This document shows, in pieces, positions 9,168 to 18,068 of a stretch of 64,000 nt of DNA. The position numbers and the translations under genes were made by a program. Numbering within the stretch: position 1 is the stretch's first letter; every line of letters starts with the position of its first letter. The stretch is taken from positions 3,611 to 67,610 of the forward strand of contig JAZDFZ010000049.1 in the NCBI GenBank assembly GCA_043807425.1. Direction: 5' to 3'. The DNA is from Actinomycetota bacterium (lineage in GTDB: Bacteria; Actinomycetota; Geothermincolia; Fen-727; Anoxymicrobiaceae). The notes beneath the pieces are model-generated. The model was given only the letters and a program-made list of their open reading frames with translations. It did not search any database and was not told where the DNA came from.

Positions 9168-9463
9168 ATTCCTCCCGGGGTGGAATACGACCACGGTAAT
9201 TCGACGACGGTCGCGGTCAAGCGGTTCACCTGTACAAAGCACGTGAGAATTATCACGTTTTTAGGGAGCGTTGGCAATAACGGACGTCAAGTGGAGGCCG
9301 AAACTGTCTTCGGGTTGCCTGGAATCAACTCCAGGGTTTTGCCCCATTGAGCGGCGCGCCGCGACCTACACAGGACTAAGGTCAGGGGAGGAGCGCATAG
9401 AGGCGAAGGCGGGACAGAACCCGAGCCCTCGTGCTATAAAATGCAGGTGCGGGCGATGATTAT

Positions 9464-10069
9464 GTGAGGGGAGGCTGGCTGTTGAACGGGGAGGAGAAGA
9501 GAGAGCGGATCCTGGAGGCGGCGGTAAAGCTCTTCGGCGAGAGAGGTTACAACGCTACCAGGATGGCGGAGGTTGCAACGGCGGCCAGGGTGTCGCCCAG
9601 CACCCTCTACAAGATGTTCGACGGCAAGAAGGGGCTCTTTATCGCCACGCGCCAGTGGGTCACCAACAGGGTCCTTGGCCGTCTGATCGAGGCGCTCCCC
9701 GATGATCCCGAAGCCGACGCGTTGACCCTGGTGCGCCGCCTTCTGACTTCTTATACCGCTTACATCCGCAAGCACAGGGAGCTCGCCCGTATCCTGGCCG
9801 AGGGGGTCGTGGGCCAGGACCCCGAGATCCGCGCCGAGCAGTTGACGGCGTTCACCGGCGCCTCAACGATGCTCGCCCAGGTGATCGAGCGGGACGTCAG
9901 CGGGGGAACGGTGAGGCTGGCTACGGATCCCGAGACGGCCGGGTTGCTGTTCGTCTCCTTTACCGCGATGATCGCCTACGCGGTGCTTCTCGACCTGGAC
10001 AGGAGATCGGTTGCCGGGTTCGACCCGGACTATGCGCTGGACCTCTTCTTCGATGTAATCAGGGAGTGA
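9464..10069 (+). CDS. TetR/AcrR family transcriptional regulator
   Basis: N-terminal HTH RERILEAAVKLFGERGYNATRMAEVATAARVSPSTLYKMFDGKKGLF. Confidence 0.85.
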   Translation: MRGGWLLNGEEKRERILEAAVKLFGERGYNATRMAEVATAARVSPSTLYKMFDGKKGLFIATRQWVTNRVLGRLIEALPDDPEADALTLVRRLLTSYTAYIRKHRELARILAEGVVGQDPEIRAEQLTAFTGASTMLAQVIERDVSGGTVRLATDPETAGLLFVSFTAMIAYAVLLDLDRRSVAGFDPDYALDLFFDVIRE

Positions 10070-10700
10070 GTGCTGCGCGCCCGGGCTCTTCGGCGTGATC
10101 CACAAGGCGGTCGATGAGGACCAGCGCAGCGTCCTGCCGGGAGGGGGGCGCGGCGTCCATCATGCCGATGAACCCCAGTGAGTGGATCGCCATGACGTAG
10201 GTCCAGGCGAACTGCTCCAGGTCCAGATCCGGCCTGATGAGCCCGGCCTTCCTCCCCTCGACGAGGATATCCATCACCAGGCGCTCCAGCTCCTTGTAGA
10301 AGGCCTGGGCGCTCCTCATGACGTCCGGGTCGTCGAGCGCGGTCGCGGCCTGAACGTTGACCCGGGCCCTGTCCCGGTTCTGCCTCACCTCGCGGGCGAA
10401 CTCGCGGCCAAGGCTGCGCAGGACCGCGGGAGCCCCACCGCCGATCGGCAGGCGGGGGAGTATCTCCGAGAGCGCGCGTTCGCGCAGCTCGTCGCGAAGC
10501 TCCAGGTAAAGGGTCTTCTTGTCGCCGAAGAGGTCGAAGATCGTCTTCTCGCTGACCCCGGCCTCCGCCGCTATGTCGGCGGTCGTGGCCCCCAGGTAGC
10601 CCTTCTCGCTGAACCTGCGTACCGCGGCGTCCATGATCTGGGTCCGGGTGCCGGCCCCGGGTCCGCGCCCCTTCTTCGTCGTGATCGTCCGCTTTGCCAT
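10059..10700 (-). CDS. TetR/AcrR family transcriptional regulator
   Basis: TQIMDAAVRRFSEKGYLGATTADIAAEAGVSEKTIFDLFGDKKTLY. Start set at ATG 10700 (MAKRTITTKK). Confidence 0.85.
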   Translation of the reverse strand: MAKRTITTKKGRGPGAGTRTQIMDAAVRRFSEKGYLGATTADIAAEAGVSEKTIFDLFGDKKTLYLELRDELRERALSEILPRLPIGGGAPAVLRSLGREFAREVRQNRDRARVNVQAATALDDPDVMRSAQAFYKELERLVMDILVEGRKAGLIRPDLDLEQFAWTYVMAIHSLGFIGMMDAAPPSRQDAALVLIDRLVDHAEEPGRAALTP

Positions 10701-10864
10701 GGTCCCATTGTATAACGCCGGCCTCGTGCGACCGTACCCGGGGGCTGAAAAACCGGTCGCTCGATGTGAATCCACCGCCGTCGAAATGGGATAAAATCGA
10801 TTGGCGTGGCAATCCCCGTCGAATCGGGGGTCGGACCCTTTCCGTGGCATCGGAGGTGAGCGCG

Positions 10865-12001
10865 ATGTTCTTCAATATCGCAAAGGACGTGCTGGGGCTC
10901 GGACCCGCCGACGGCTTGACCCGCCAGGTGTCCAGCCACGGGAGGAGGACCTGGACCCCCCCGGGAATGATCGGGGAGACGATATCCAAGTGCGTGGACC
11001 TGCCCGCCGGAAGGGCCTACGTCGCCGCCGACCTGCCCGGCCCGGGGCTCATCACCAGGATCTGGATGACAGTGCCCAGGCAGATAAACCCGGGCGTGCT
11101 GAAGAAGGTGACCCTGAAGATCCGCTGGGACGACGAGGAGGAGCCGTCGGTCCTGGTCCCCCTCGGTGACCTCTTCGGCACCACCTTCGCGCGGCCGAAG
11201 GATTACACCGCGGCGTGGACCGCGATCACGTCGGGGGCATACCTGTGCTTCTTCCCGATGCCCTTCGCCAGCAGGGCATTGATAACCCTCGAGAACGAGG
11301 GCAGGCTGCCCGTGGCGATCTTCTTCTACCAGGTGACCTACCTCGAGCTCAAGCGGGACCTGCCCGGCGAGACACCTTACTTTCACTGCTACTGGCATCG
11401 CGAGCGGTGCCATCGGGGGGGAGAGCCGTTCACGGTGCTGTCGGCCGAGGGCGGCGGGTTCTACATGGGGTGCCACATGGACATGCAGGGCGCGGGGTAC
11501 CCGTGGCGCCTGAACCCCTATCACAGCTTCTCGCCCGAGGGCTGGGGCCTGGGGATGCTGGAGGGCTGGGAGCGGATGTGGATCGACGGGTCCTGCGAGC
11601 CGAACGTGCACGGGACCGGCGGAGAGGACTACTTCAACAGCGCCTGGTACTTCACGCGGGTTCCCTCGACCCACCCGACGCACGGCGTCACGAAGCGGGA
11701 CTACTTCTCCAGGCGCGTCTCCTGCTACCGGTTCCACGTCGAGATGCCGGTCGCCTTCGAGCGCCAGATAGAGGTGGTCCTGGACCATGGCCTTCACAAC
11801 AGGCTCCCGGCGGTCTTCGACTGTACCGCCTACTGGTACCAGCAGGAGCCGCACAGGCCGTACGCGGGCCTGCCCCCGGTGGCGCAGCGGGCGTTTACGG
11901 GAGGGGCGAAGAACCGCCTGGTGATGCTGGCGCCGCTGGCTTACGCGGGCGCGGCGGTGGGGCTGTACCGGCACGCCAGGAAGGCCCGGGCGACCCGTTG
12001 A
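10865..12001 (+). CDS. DUF2961 (GH172-like) domain protein
   Basis: GLITRIWMTV...IRWDDEEEPSVLVPLGDLFG...CFFPMPFASRA...GGEDYFNSAWYF. ATG 10865 preceded by GGAGGTGA. Confidence 0.75.
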   Translation: MFFNIAKDVLGLGPADGLTRQVSSHGRRTWTPPGMIGETISKCVDLPAGRAYVAADLPGPGLITRIWMTVPRQINPGVLKKVTLKIRWDDEEEPSVLVPLGDLFGTTFARPKDYTAAWTAITSGAYLCFFPMPFASRALITLENEGRLPVAIFFYQVTYLELKRDLPGETPYFHCYWHRERCHRGGEPFTVLSAEGGGFYMGCHMDMQGAGYPWRLNPYHSFSPEGWGLGMLEGWERMWIDGSCEPNVHGTGGEDYFNSAWYFTRVPSTHPTHGVTKRDYFSRRVSCYRFHVEMPVAFERQIEVVLDHGLHNRLPAVFDCTAYWYQQEPHRPYAGLPPVAQRAFTGGAKNRLVMLAPLAYAGAAVGLYRHARKARATR

Positions 12002-12056
12002 GCCGCCGGTGTGATATCCTTTTGGCGGCTGGAGACCGGAGATTGACGGGGAGGAC

Positions 12057-12506
12057 GTGATGATAGACATTCGCAAGGCAACGCTCGCGGACGAGGAAGA
12101 CGTCGCGGTGCTCATCAGGGAACTGGGTGATGCCGTCGGGGTCACCGGAGACATGAACCCGGTCGCGTGGTACAGCACCCTTCGCAAGATGATCGCCTCG
12201 CCGGAGTGGACGTTCATCCTCGCCGAGGAAGGCGCACAGAAGCTCGGCCTGATGATACTCCTCATCCTGCCGTCCCTTTACCTGGGTGGGAACCGCGCGT
12301 CCATAACCGAGCTCATAGTCACCAGGGAAGCCCAGGGCAAGGGCGTGGGAGCGCTGCTGGTGGAAGAGGCCAAGAGGGCCTCCAGGACCATGGGATGCCA
12401 GGAGCTCGACGTGAGCGTCGAGGTCGACAACGAGAAGGCCCGTGGATTCTACGAGAAGCTCGGCTTCGAAGAGAAGCACGCGGACTACGGGATGAGGCTG
12501 GACTGA
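12057..12506 (+). CDS. GNAT family N-acetyltransferase
   Basis: 149 aa. REAQGKGVGALLVEEAKRAS...NEKARGFYEKLGFEE. Confidence 0.85.
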   Translation: MMIDIRKATLADEEDVAVLIRELGDAVGVTGDMNPVAWYSTLRKMIASPEWTFILAEEGAQKLGLMILLILPSLYLGGNRASITELIVTREAQGKGVGALLVEEAKRASRTMGCQELDVSVEVDNEKARGFYEKLGFEEKHADYGMRLD

Positions 12507-12955
12507 CCGGATATCCCGCCGCCGTCCTTGTTCGGAACGTCACGTCGAACGGCCCGGACCAGGGCTCTGAAGTCACAGGGCTTGGTGAAATACCCGTTCG
12601 CGCCCGCTTCGAGGACATGTCTTTGCCATGTAGACTCGAACAGCGATGACAGGACGATCACCGGGGTCTTCAATTCACCCACCACCTGCCGAAGGTACCT
12701 GCATACCGGGACACCATTGAGATAGGGGAGCCTGATGTCGAGTATTACGGCGTCAGGGCGCGAAACATCGATCAGGTGAAGAGCCGCGACGCAATCCGTT
12801 GCGGTCAGGACTTCGAATCCCGAGAACTCGAGGAACCTGCATAGTATGCCCGCCAGGACTTCGTCGTCATCCACAACCAGGATGCTCACAGCGTCACCGA
12901 CAGCATCTTCCGCGGCGTTTCCGTAGACCCCCGTCATCGCGTCCTCCGTTACCAT
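12485..12955 (-). CDS. single-domain response regulator (receiver only)
   Basis: ILVVDDDEV...PDAVILDIRLP...PVIVLSS...YFTKP. Canonical Asp pocket, Ser/Thr and Lys. Confidence 0.85.
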   Translation of the reverse strand: MVTEDAMTGVYGNAAEDAVGDAVSILVVDDDEVLAGILCRFLEFSGFEVLTATDCVAALHLIDVSRPDAVILDIRLPYLNGVPVCRYLRQVVGELKTPVIVLSSLFESTWQRHVLEAGANGYFTKPCDFRALVRAVRRDVPNKDGGGISGQSSLIP

Positions 12956-12983
12956 TCCTGGTCGCCCGACACGACCCGGGTCA

Positions 12984-13847
12984 TCAGCGACGGCTTCGGG
13001 CCGCTACAGAAGCAACCTCCTCGGCCCATCGGTCCCAGCGCCCATCCTGCGTTCCACATCCGTCCTCGAGATCGAAAGCGCGCTCGCAGGTGTCGATCAC
13101 GGTCTCGACCCTGCCGGCGCTCTCGAGTGCCACCGCTCGGTGGTAGTAGGCTTCCGCGCTGTGGCCGTCGAGTTCGATCGCCCGCGACAGGCTCCGCAGC
13201 GCATGGTCGCAGCAGCCCAGCCCCAGGTAGGCCCAACCCAGGTGCTCATGAGCCGCGGCCGAGTCGGGCTCCAGCGCGATCGCCCTGCGGCAGTCGGGGA
13301 TGGCGCTCTCGTACCGTCCGACCAGGTTCTTCACCCACCCCCGGACGATGTAGGCATTCGGAACGGAGGGATCCATCTCGATCGCTCTGTCGCAATCGAC
13401 GACTGCTCTCTTATATTGACCCAATCTACAGTATGCCCAGGCGCGCTCGATATACGCCTCGTTGCTCCAGGGCTCGACCTCCAGCGCCCGGTGGCAGTTC
13501 TCGAGGGCTGAATCGAGCTTTCCGAGCGCGTTGTATGCCCACCCGAGGTTGATGTAGGCCTCCGCGTCCTTGTCATCGAGTTCGAGCGCCTTCTCGCTTG
13601 CCGCGATCGCAGGCGGGTACCAGCCGAGCTCGAGGTAAGCCCACCCCAGGGTCACCCAGGCGCGCGCGCAATCCGGGTCTGCTCCCACCGCCTTCCCGGC
13701 CCTGACCAATCCCTCTTCGGCTTGACGGGAGCGAAGGAGATCCCTCGCGTCTTCAAGGAGCTGCCGGGCGACAGCCTCGCCTCGCCGTCCCGGTTCGCCG
13801 GTCCTCGAGCGCACCCCGTGGTCGAGGAACATCCCCGACTCGTTCAT
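12984..13847 (-). CDS. tetratricopeptide-repeat protein
   Basis: Repeated A-W-x-x-L-G-W-A-Y / A-Y-x-x-R-G motifs. ATG 13847 overlaps the upstream stop (ATGA). Confidence 0.8.
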   Translation of the reverse strand: MNESGMFLDHGVRSRTGEPGRRGEAVARQLLEDARDLLRSRQAEEGLVRAGKAVGADPDCARAWVTLGWAYLELGWYPPAIAASEKALELDDKDAEAYINLGWAYNALGKLDSALENCHRALEVEPWSNEAYIERAWAYCRLGQYKRAVVDCDRAIEMDPSVPNAYIVRGWVKNLVGRYESAIPDCRRAIALEPDSAAAHEHLGWAYLGLGCCDHALRSLSRAIELDGHSAEAYYHRAVALESAGRVETVIDTCERAFDLEDGCGTQDGRWDRWAEEVASVAARSRR

Positions 13848-14356
13848 CCCGGATGTTCCCGCGCGGAGACGAGGCGCCTGACGGCCTCCAGGAGACGGTC
13901 GAAGCCGCAAGGCTTCGTGACGTACTCGTCGGCCCCGGAATCGATCGCTCCCTGCCGCCAGGAGGCCCCGGTGGACCCCGTGAAGATAATGACGGGAATC
14001 GCGAGGCGGCCGTTCCCGTTCTTCAGCTCGCGGCAGAGGGCGAGACCGTCTTGATCCGGCAGACGGATCTCCGCGATGACGGCGTCAGGCGGGTCTCTTT
14101 CTATCTCACGTATGGCAGCACGGCTATCGGCGGCTGAGGCGACGTCGCATCCCTCGAGCCTGAGATACATCGTGAGCGCACGCCGCAGGTCGCGGTCGGT
14201 GTCCACGAGAAGCACACTCGTCCGGGAGTGGTCTTCGACCCCCGTGACCGTCCCGCCTGCCGCCGGGAAGTGGTCCTCTCGCATCCCGGTCGAGACCTCA
14301 ACGACCGGAACAAGCTCCGTGGCAAGCTCGATTGATACGACTCCGCTACCGCCCAT
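13844..14356 (-). CDS. atypical receiver-domain protein (Glu at the phospho-acceptor position)
   Basis: Aligns residue for residue with the 12485-12955 receiver, but PDAVIAEIRLP replaces PDAVILDIRLP (GAG codon at 14069-14071). The acidic pocket is VDTD. IIFTGS and VTKP are retained. Confidence 0.8.
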   Translation of the reverse strand: MGGSGVVSIELATELVPVVEVSTGMREDHFPAAGGTVTGVEDHSRTSVLLVDTDRDLRRALTMYLRLEGCDVASAADSRAAIREIERDPPDAVIAEIRLPDQDGLALCRELKNGNGRLAIPVIIFTGSTGASWRQGAIDSGADEYVTKPCGFDRLLEAVRRLVSAREHPG

Positions 14357-14495
14357 ATCATTCCCTCCATTCCTTAATACGGGACGGCGCGGGGGATTAT
14401 TTCAGAAGCGGAATGGACCGCCCCGCCGGTTCGCGCGGAGAGATCCGGGCCAGGGTCCAGTGAACAGGGATTGGATAGTCGAACGATCGAATCGG

Positions 14496-16220
14496 CTATT
14501 TAGCCGGAGGATTATCGTCCGGGATCGGCGCGGGTGGACTGTCTTCAGTCGTCTTTTTAGTCGTCGAGGCCTCAGGGACACTGACGGTGAATCTGTCGCT
14601 GCCGGCGAGGATCTCCCCACCGGAGTAGACAACCACCTGGTAGACGTAGCTGGTCCCGGCCTTGACCTGGGAGTCCGAGTACGACATCACCCTGTCGGAC
14701 GAGGGGATCACGATCTTGTCCCGGGTGTCGCCGGCGACCTTCTCCCGGTAGATGATGTACCCCTCGAAACCGCCGGTGGTCTTCAGAGTCCAGCTGAGGT
14801 GCACCTCACCGGAGGTCATCTCGCCGATCGACAGCGCGAGCGAGTAGGTCGGTTCCGGTTGCCTCTCCGGGACGACCACGGCACGGACCTCGCTCCTGGA
14901 GCGTACTTTTCCCTCCTTGAGCGCGCAGAGCAGATAGTAGTAGGTATGCCCGCGCTCGAAACTCGTGTCCGTGTAGCGGGATGCCGACCTGGCCACCACG
15001 TCTTTCCTGTCCCTGGGATAGCGGGTGGCGGCGTTGTCCACCGACCTTGCGATCGCGATCGAATCGTAGTCACCACCGCTGGCGGTCCAGTTCAGCTCGA
15101 TCTTGCCGCACTCATCGTACGCCGCGCTCAACGAGAACTCGATGGGTTCGGCACCAGGCGGCTCGGGCTTCTCTTCGGGAGCCACTGGTTCGGGGATCAC
15201 CGGGGAGGGATCCACGCCGGGAGCAACGTCCGGCGGCGGCGGCAGCTCGATCTCCCCCGAGGCGGGCGACGTGGAGTCCTCGTACCTTCCGGAAGGGGTT
15301 TTCCCCGCCGTTTCCACTGCCGGCTCCCGGCTCCCATCGGCATTACCATCCATGCCGTCGAGCAGGCGATTCCAGTGATACCATGGTTCGTTCAGGAAGC
15401 CGGGATCGGATCTATTGACCTCGACCCACCGCTCTCCGTCCTTCGACCGGACGATCACCTCTTCACCTCCCGAGACCCGTCCGCACGGAGCCGACTCGAT
15501 GGTCAGGGTCACCTCTCCTTCGATGACCCTGGTCCTGATCGAACCGTCGTACCGTGCCGAGTCGAAGACGGCGGCACCCCGGGTCTCTACGGCCAGACCG
15601 TCAGCAAGGACCTGGTAGCTGGTAGTGCTCTTCAGATTGAAGTAGACGCGCCCGCGATCCAGTCTCATGCTTGCGCGTCGTTCAGAGAACTCCGGGAGAA
15701 ACAGTGCGCTGGCGCCGTCCAGGCGGGCCTCGCTTCCGTCATCGACCTCCAGTATCGCGAGACCCTCGCCGGACGTCTCGAGCCTGTCTTCCTCGAGCAC
15801 CGGCGTGCCGGTGGAGGCCACGACCGGCCTGTCCTCCCCGGGCCTGGTTATCAACACCTCGCCGCGCAATACCCGGATCCTGGCGACCGGTTCTACCCGC
15901 CTGCGGGTCAGGCTCGTGATAGCGAAGAACAGGAGGAGTCCGACCGCCGCCAGGACCGCGGCACACGCTATGGCTTTTCTTGCGGTCAGGAAAGGCCGAA
16001 CAGCACCACCCGCGGGTTCTTGATGTTCCTCGAGCCGATCGTATGTGTCCAGGAGCGCGGAACGGGTTCTCCGGATCGATTCGTCGCTCTGGGCGATGAA
16101 ATCCGGTCGCAACTCCAGGAAGAGACCGGCGGCCTCCGCAGCCTCGCGCACACGTGCACGGGTCCACCCGAAAGGCCTGCAGGTCTTCTCTGTATCCAGG
16201 TTGCCGGTCGGATCAATCAT
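14496..16220 (-). CDS. putative anti-sigma factor: cytoplasmic N-terminus, one TM helix, FecR domain, two FN3-like domains
   Basis: TM AIACAAVLAAVGLLLFFAI. FecR-like RVLRGEVLITRPGE...DGSEARLDGAS...VETRGAAVF...IEGEVTL. Two ~95-aa units with ELNWTAS / HLSWTLK and YYYLL / YVYQV. ATG 16220 overlaps the sigma-factor stop by 8 nt. Confidence 0.7.
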   Translation of the reverse strand: MIDPTGNLDTEKTCRPFGWTRARVREAAEAAGLFLELRPDFIAQSDESIRRTRSALLDTYDRLEEHQEPAGGAVRPFLTARKAIACAAVLAAVGLLLFFAITSLTRRRVEPVARIRVLRGEVLITRPGEDRPVVASTGTPVLEEDRLETSGEGLAILEVDDGSEARLDGASALFLPEFSERRASMRLDRGRVYFNLKSTTSYQVLADGLAVETRGAAVFDSARYDGSIRTRVIEGEVTLTIESAPCGRVSGGEEVIVRSKDGERWVEVNRSDPGFLNEPWYHWNRLLDGMDGNADGSREPAVETAGKTPSGRYEDSTSPASGEIELPPPPDVAPGVDPSPVIPEPVAPEEKPEPPGAEPIEFSLSAAYDECGKIELNWTASGGDYDSIAIARSVDNAATRYPRDRKDVVARSASRYTDTSFERGHTYYYLLCALKEGKVRSRSEVRAVVVPERQPEPTYSLALSIGEMTSGEVHLSWTLKTTGGFEGYIIYREKVAGDTRDKIVIPSSDRVMSYSDSQVKAGTSYVYQVVVYSGGEILAGSDRFTVSVPEASTTKKTTEDSPPAPIPDDNPPAK

Positions 16221-16791
16221 CTTTTTCAGCTGAGCCCCCTTCCCGGGGTACCTCGAGCAAGCCTTCTGCGAGCGCGAGCCCACGGAGGGACTGCAACCCC
16301 CTGTGCACCTTCACGGCGACATAGCGGTTGCTGCGGCCGATCATGCTCGCGATCTCCTTGTTGCTCATGTCTTCTATGAACCTCAGGCTCAGGATCTCCT
16401 GGTATGAAGTGGGGAGCTGATTGAGCAGCTCGATCAACGCGAGGTACCGTTCCGAACGCTCAGGGTCTTCCCTGCCCTCGAAGGTGTACAGGTGGCCGGT
16501 CTCGGCTGCGTCTACTTTCGCCTCGCTCGCCCGATAGAAATCGATGATCGCGTTGTTCGTTATCTTGTAGAGCCAGGTCTCGAAGGAAGCTCTCTCGGGG
16601 TCGAAAGCCTTTATCGCCCTGAGCACCTTTTCGAATACCTGCTCGGTCACGTCTTCCGCGTCATGGACGCTGGGCACGCGCCTGGCGACGAAGTTGAATA
16701 TCCGTGGCTGATACACGTCGTAGAGCTGGCCGAATGCTTCACGGCTCTGCTTCGCGTTCACGATCGCTTTCTTGATTTCTTCACTGTCCAT
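16213..16791 (-). CDS. ECF-type RNA polymerase sigma-70 family factor
   Basis: Region 2 (DAEDVTEQVFEKVLRAIKAFDPERASFETWLYKITNNAIIDFYR) and region 4 (LPTSYQEILSLRFIEDMSNKEIASMIGRSNRYVAVKVHRGL). ATG 16791 preferred over TTG 16839. Confidence 0.85.
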   Translation of the reverse strand: MDSEEIKKAIVNAKQSREAFGQLYDVYQPRIFNFVARRVPSVHDAEDVTEQVFEKVLRAIKAFDPERASFETWLYKITNNAIIDFYRASEAKVDAAETGHLYTFEGREDPERSERYLALIELLNQLPTSYQEILSLRFIEDMSNKEIASMIGRSNRYVAVKVHRGLQSLRGLALAEGLLEVPREGGSAEKDD

Positions 16792-16796
16792 ATATT

Positions 16797-16825
16797 GATA
16801 CGCTGGGCGTGCCGGTTTTATTTCA
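16797..16825 (-). promoter_or_regulatory. candidate ECF-type promoter giving a near-leaderless sigma-factor mRNA
   Basis: On the minus strand, TGAAAT-N17-CGTATC ends 5 nt before ATG 16791. No Shine-Dalgarno lies between. Confidence 0.3.
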
Positions 16826-16867
16826 GGTCGGGCCGGCAATCGCCGCTTGAAGCCGGAGAGGGGGCCG

Positions 16868-17356
16868 TCAGGCCGTCCAGTAGTCCTCGTCGAACTCGGC
16901 CAGCTGTATCAGCACGCCGAACGAGTCCCTCGGGCTGATGAACGCTTCCTTCCAGTGAGGGTGCTCGGTGCTGACGTCCAGTACCGTGATCCCACGCGAG
17001 CGCAGGTCGTCCACCGCCTCCACGAGGTCCTCCACCTGGATTGTTACGTGGTGCATTCCCTCGCCGCGCTTCTCGATGAACCTGTTGATGAAGCTGTCCG
17101 GGTCCGGGGAGCTGATGAGCTCGATGCGGCCCTGCTCGCCGATGTCGAAGTACGCCCAGTTGAACACCTGTTCCCTGTACTCCCACGGCTCGTCCAGGAC
17201 CTTTCGGGCCCCCAGGACGTCGGTCAGAAACCGGGCGGCGCTCTCCTTGTCCCTGACGGCCACCCCCACGTGATCCACCTTGATGACCTTCAAGTTCGCT
17301 CCTTTCCCGGCGGGGACTCCCCCCTCCGGCACGGCCCGCGTAATGATATTCCTCAT
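16868..17356 (-). CDS. VOC (glyoxalase/bleomycin-resistance/dioxygenase) family protein, methylmalonyl-CoA-epimerase-like
   Basis: IKVDHVGVAVRDKESAARFL...GEGMHHVTIQVEDL...FGVLIQLAEF. Confidence 0.8.
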   Translation of the reverse strand: MRNIITRAVPEGGVPAGKGANLKVIKVDHVGVAVRDKESAARFLTDVLGARKVLDEPWEYREQVFNWAYFDIGEQGRIELISSPDPDSFINRFIEKRGEGMHHVTIQVEDLVEAVDDLRSRGITVLDVSTEHPHWKEAFISPRDSFGVLIQLAEFDEDYWTA

Positions 17357-17389
17357 GGCCGGGGATTCTCCCCGGGCGGTAAGTTTAGC

Positions 17390-17417
17390 GTAACGGTGGG
17401 GGTGTTAATACCATCTA
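17390..17417 (+). promoter_or_regulatory. candidate ECF-type promoter upstream of the second sigma factor
   Basis: GTAAC-N17-CATCTA, 33 nt upstream of ATG 17451. Weak match only. Confidence 0.25.
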
Positions 17418-17450
17418 GCGGGTGGAAGAGCCCGCGGACTGGAAAGGCGC

Positions 17451-18068
17451 ATGGAGCGCGATTGGGATCCCGTGGAGGTAGCTTCCAGGGCGGCCCGGTA
17501 CGACCGGGAGGCGTTCGCCGAGCTCTTCGACCGCTTCTTCGAGGGGATCAGGCGGTACGCATACTTTCATACCGGGGACGAGGACCTCGCCGACGACATG
17601 GCGGCGGAAGTCTTCAGCCAGGCCCTGGCGAGCATCGAGAACTTCACCGACCGTGGTGGGACGATCGGCGCGTGGCTGTACGGAATAGCCCGCAACGTGG
17701 TCGCCGGGCACTTCCGCAAGTCCGGCCGATTGCGTGAGGTCGGTCTGAGCGATGAGCTGGCGGAGCCCGAGGAGCACGGACCGGTGCAGAAGGTCTTCGA
17801 GGAGATGTCGAACCGCGAGCTCTACGAGGCGCTGTCGACCCTGCCGGACATGCAGAGGGAGATCGTCGTATTGAGGTTCATCGAGGGGTACAGTGTGGAT
17901 TGCGTTGCCGGTATCGTCGGCAAGCGGCCGGGCGCGGTGCGCGCCCTGCAACATCGTGCCATGATCTCGCTCCGCAAGGTGTTCGGCCTCGGCCCCGATG
18001 GGAAACCGCAGAAAGCGTCCGGCGGCCTGGAACGGATGTTGCCGGAGGAGGTGGTGCCCGGTGTTTGA
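17451..18068 (+). CDS. ECF-type RNA polymerase sigma-70 family factor
   Basis: LADDMAAEVFSQALASIENF...GAWLYGIARNVVAGHFRK and LPDMQREIVVLRFIEGYSVDCVAGIVGKRPGAVRALQHRAM. Confidence 0.85.
   Translation: MERDWDPVEVASRAARYDREAFAELFDRFFEGIRRYAYFHTGDEDLADDMAAEVFSQALASIENFTDRGGTIGAWLYGIARNVVAGHFRKSGRLREVGLSDELAEPEEHGPVQKVFEEMSNRELYEALSTLPDMQREIVVLRFIEGYSVDCVAGIVGKRPGAVRALQHRAMISLRKVFGLGPDGKPQKASGGLERMLPEEVVPGV

Noticed and set aside
10571-12265. 564-aa minus-strand ORF overlapping the DUF2961 gene and both neighbours.
   Set aside because: It is antisense to a gene with clear family motifs. Its translation is Arg/Pro/Gly/Ala-rich low-complexity sequence with no recognisable domain, which is typical of stop-poor antisense frames in GC-rich DNA.
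14076-16379. 767-aa plus-strand ORF across the anti-sigma/sigma region.
   Set aside because: It is antisense to the FecR-FN3 anti-sigma gene and the ECF sigma gene, both of which have convincing motifs and coupled start/stop codons. Its translation has no domain signature.
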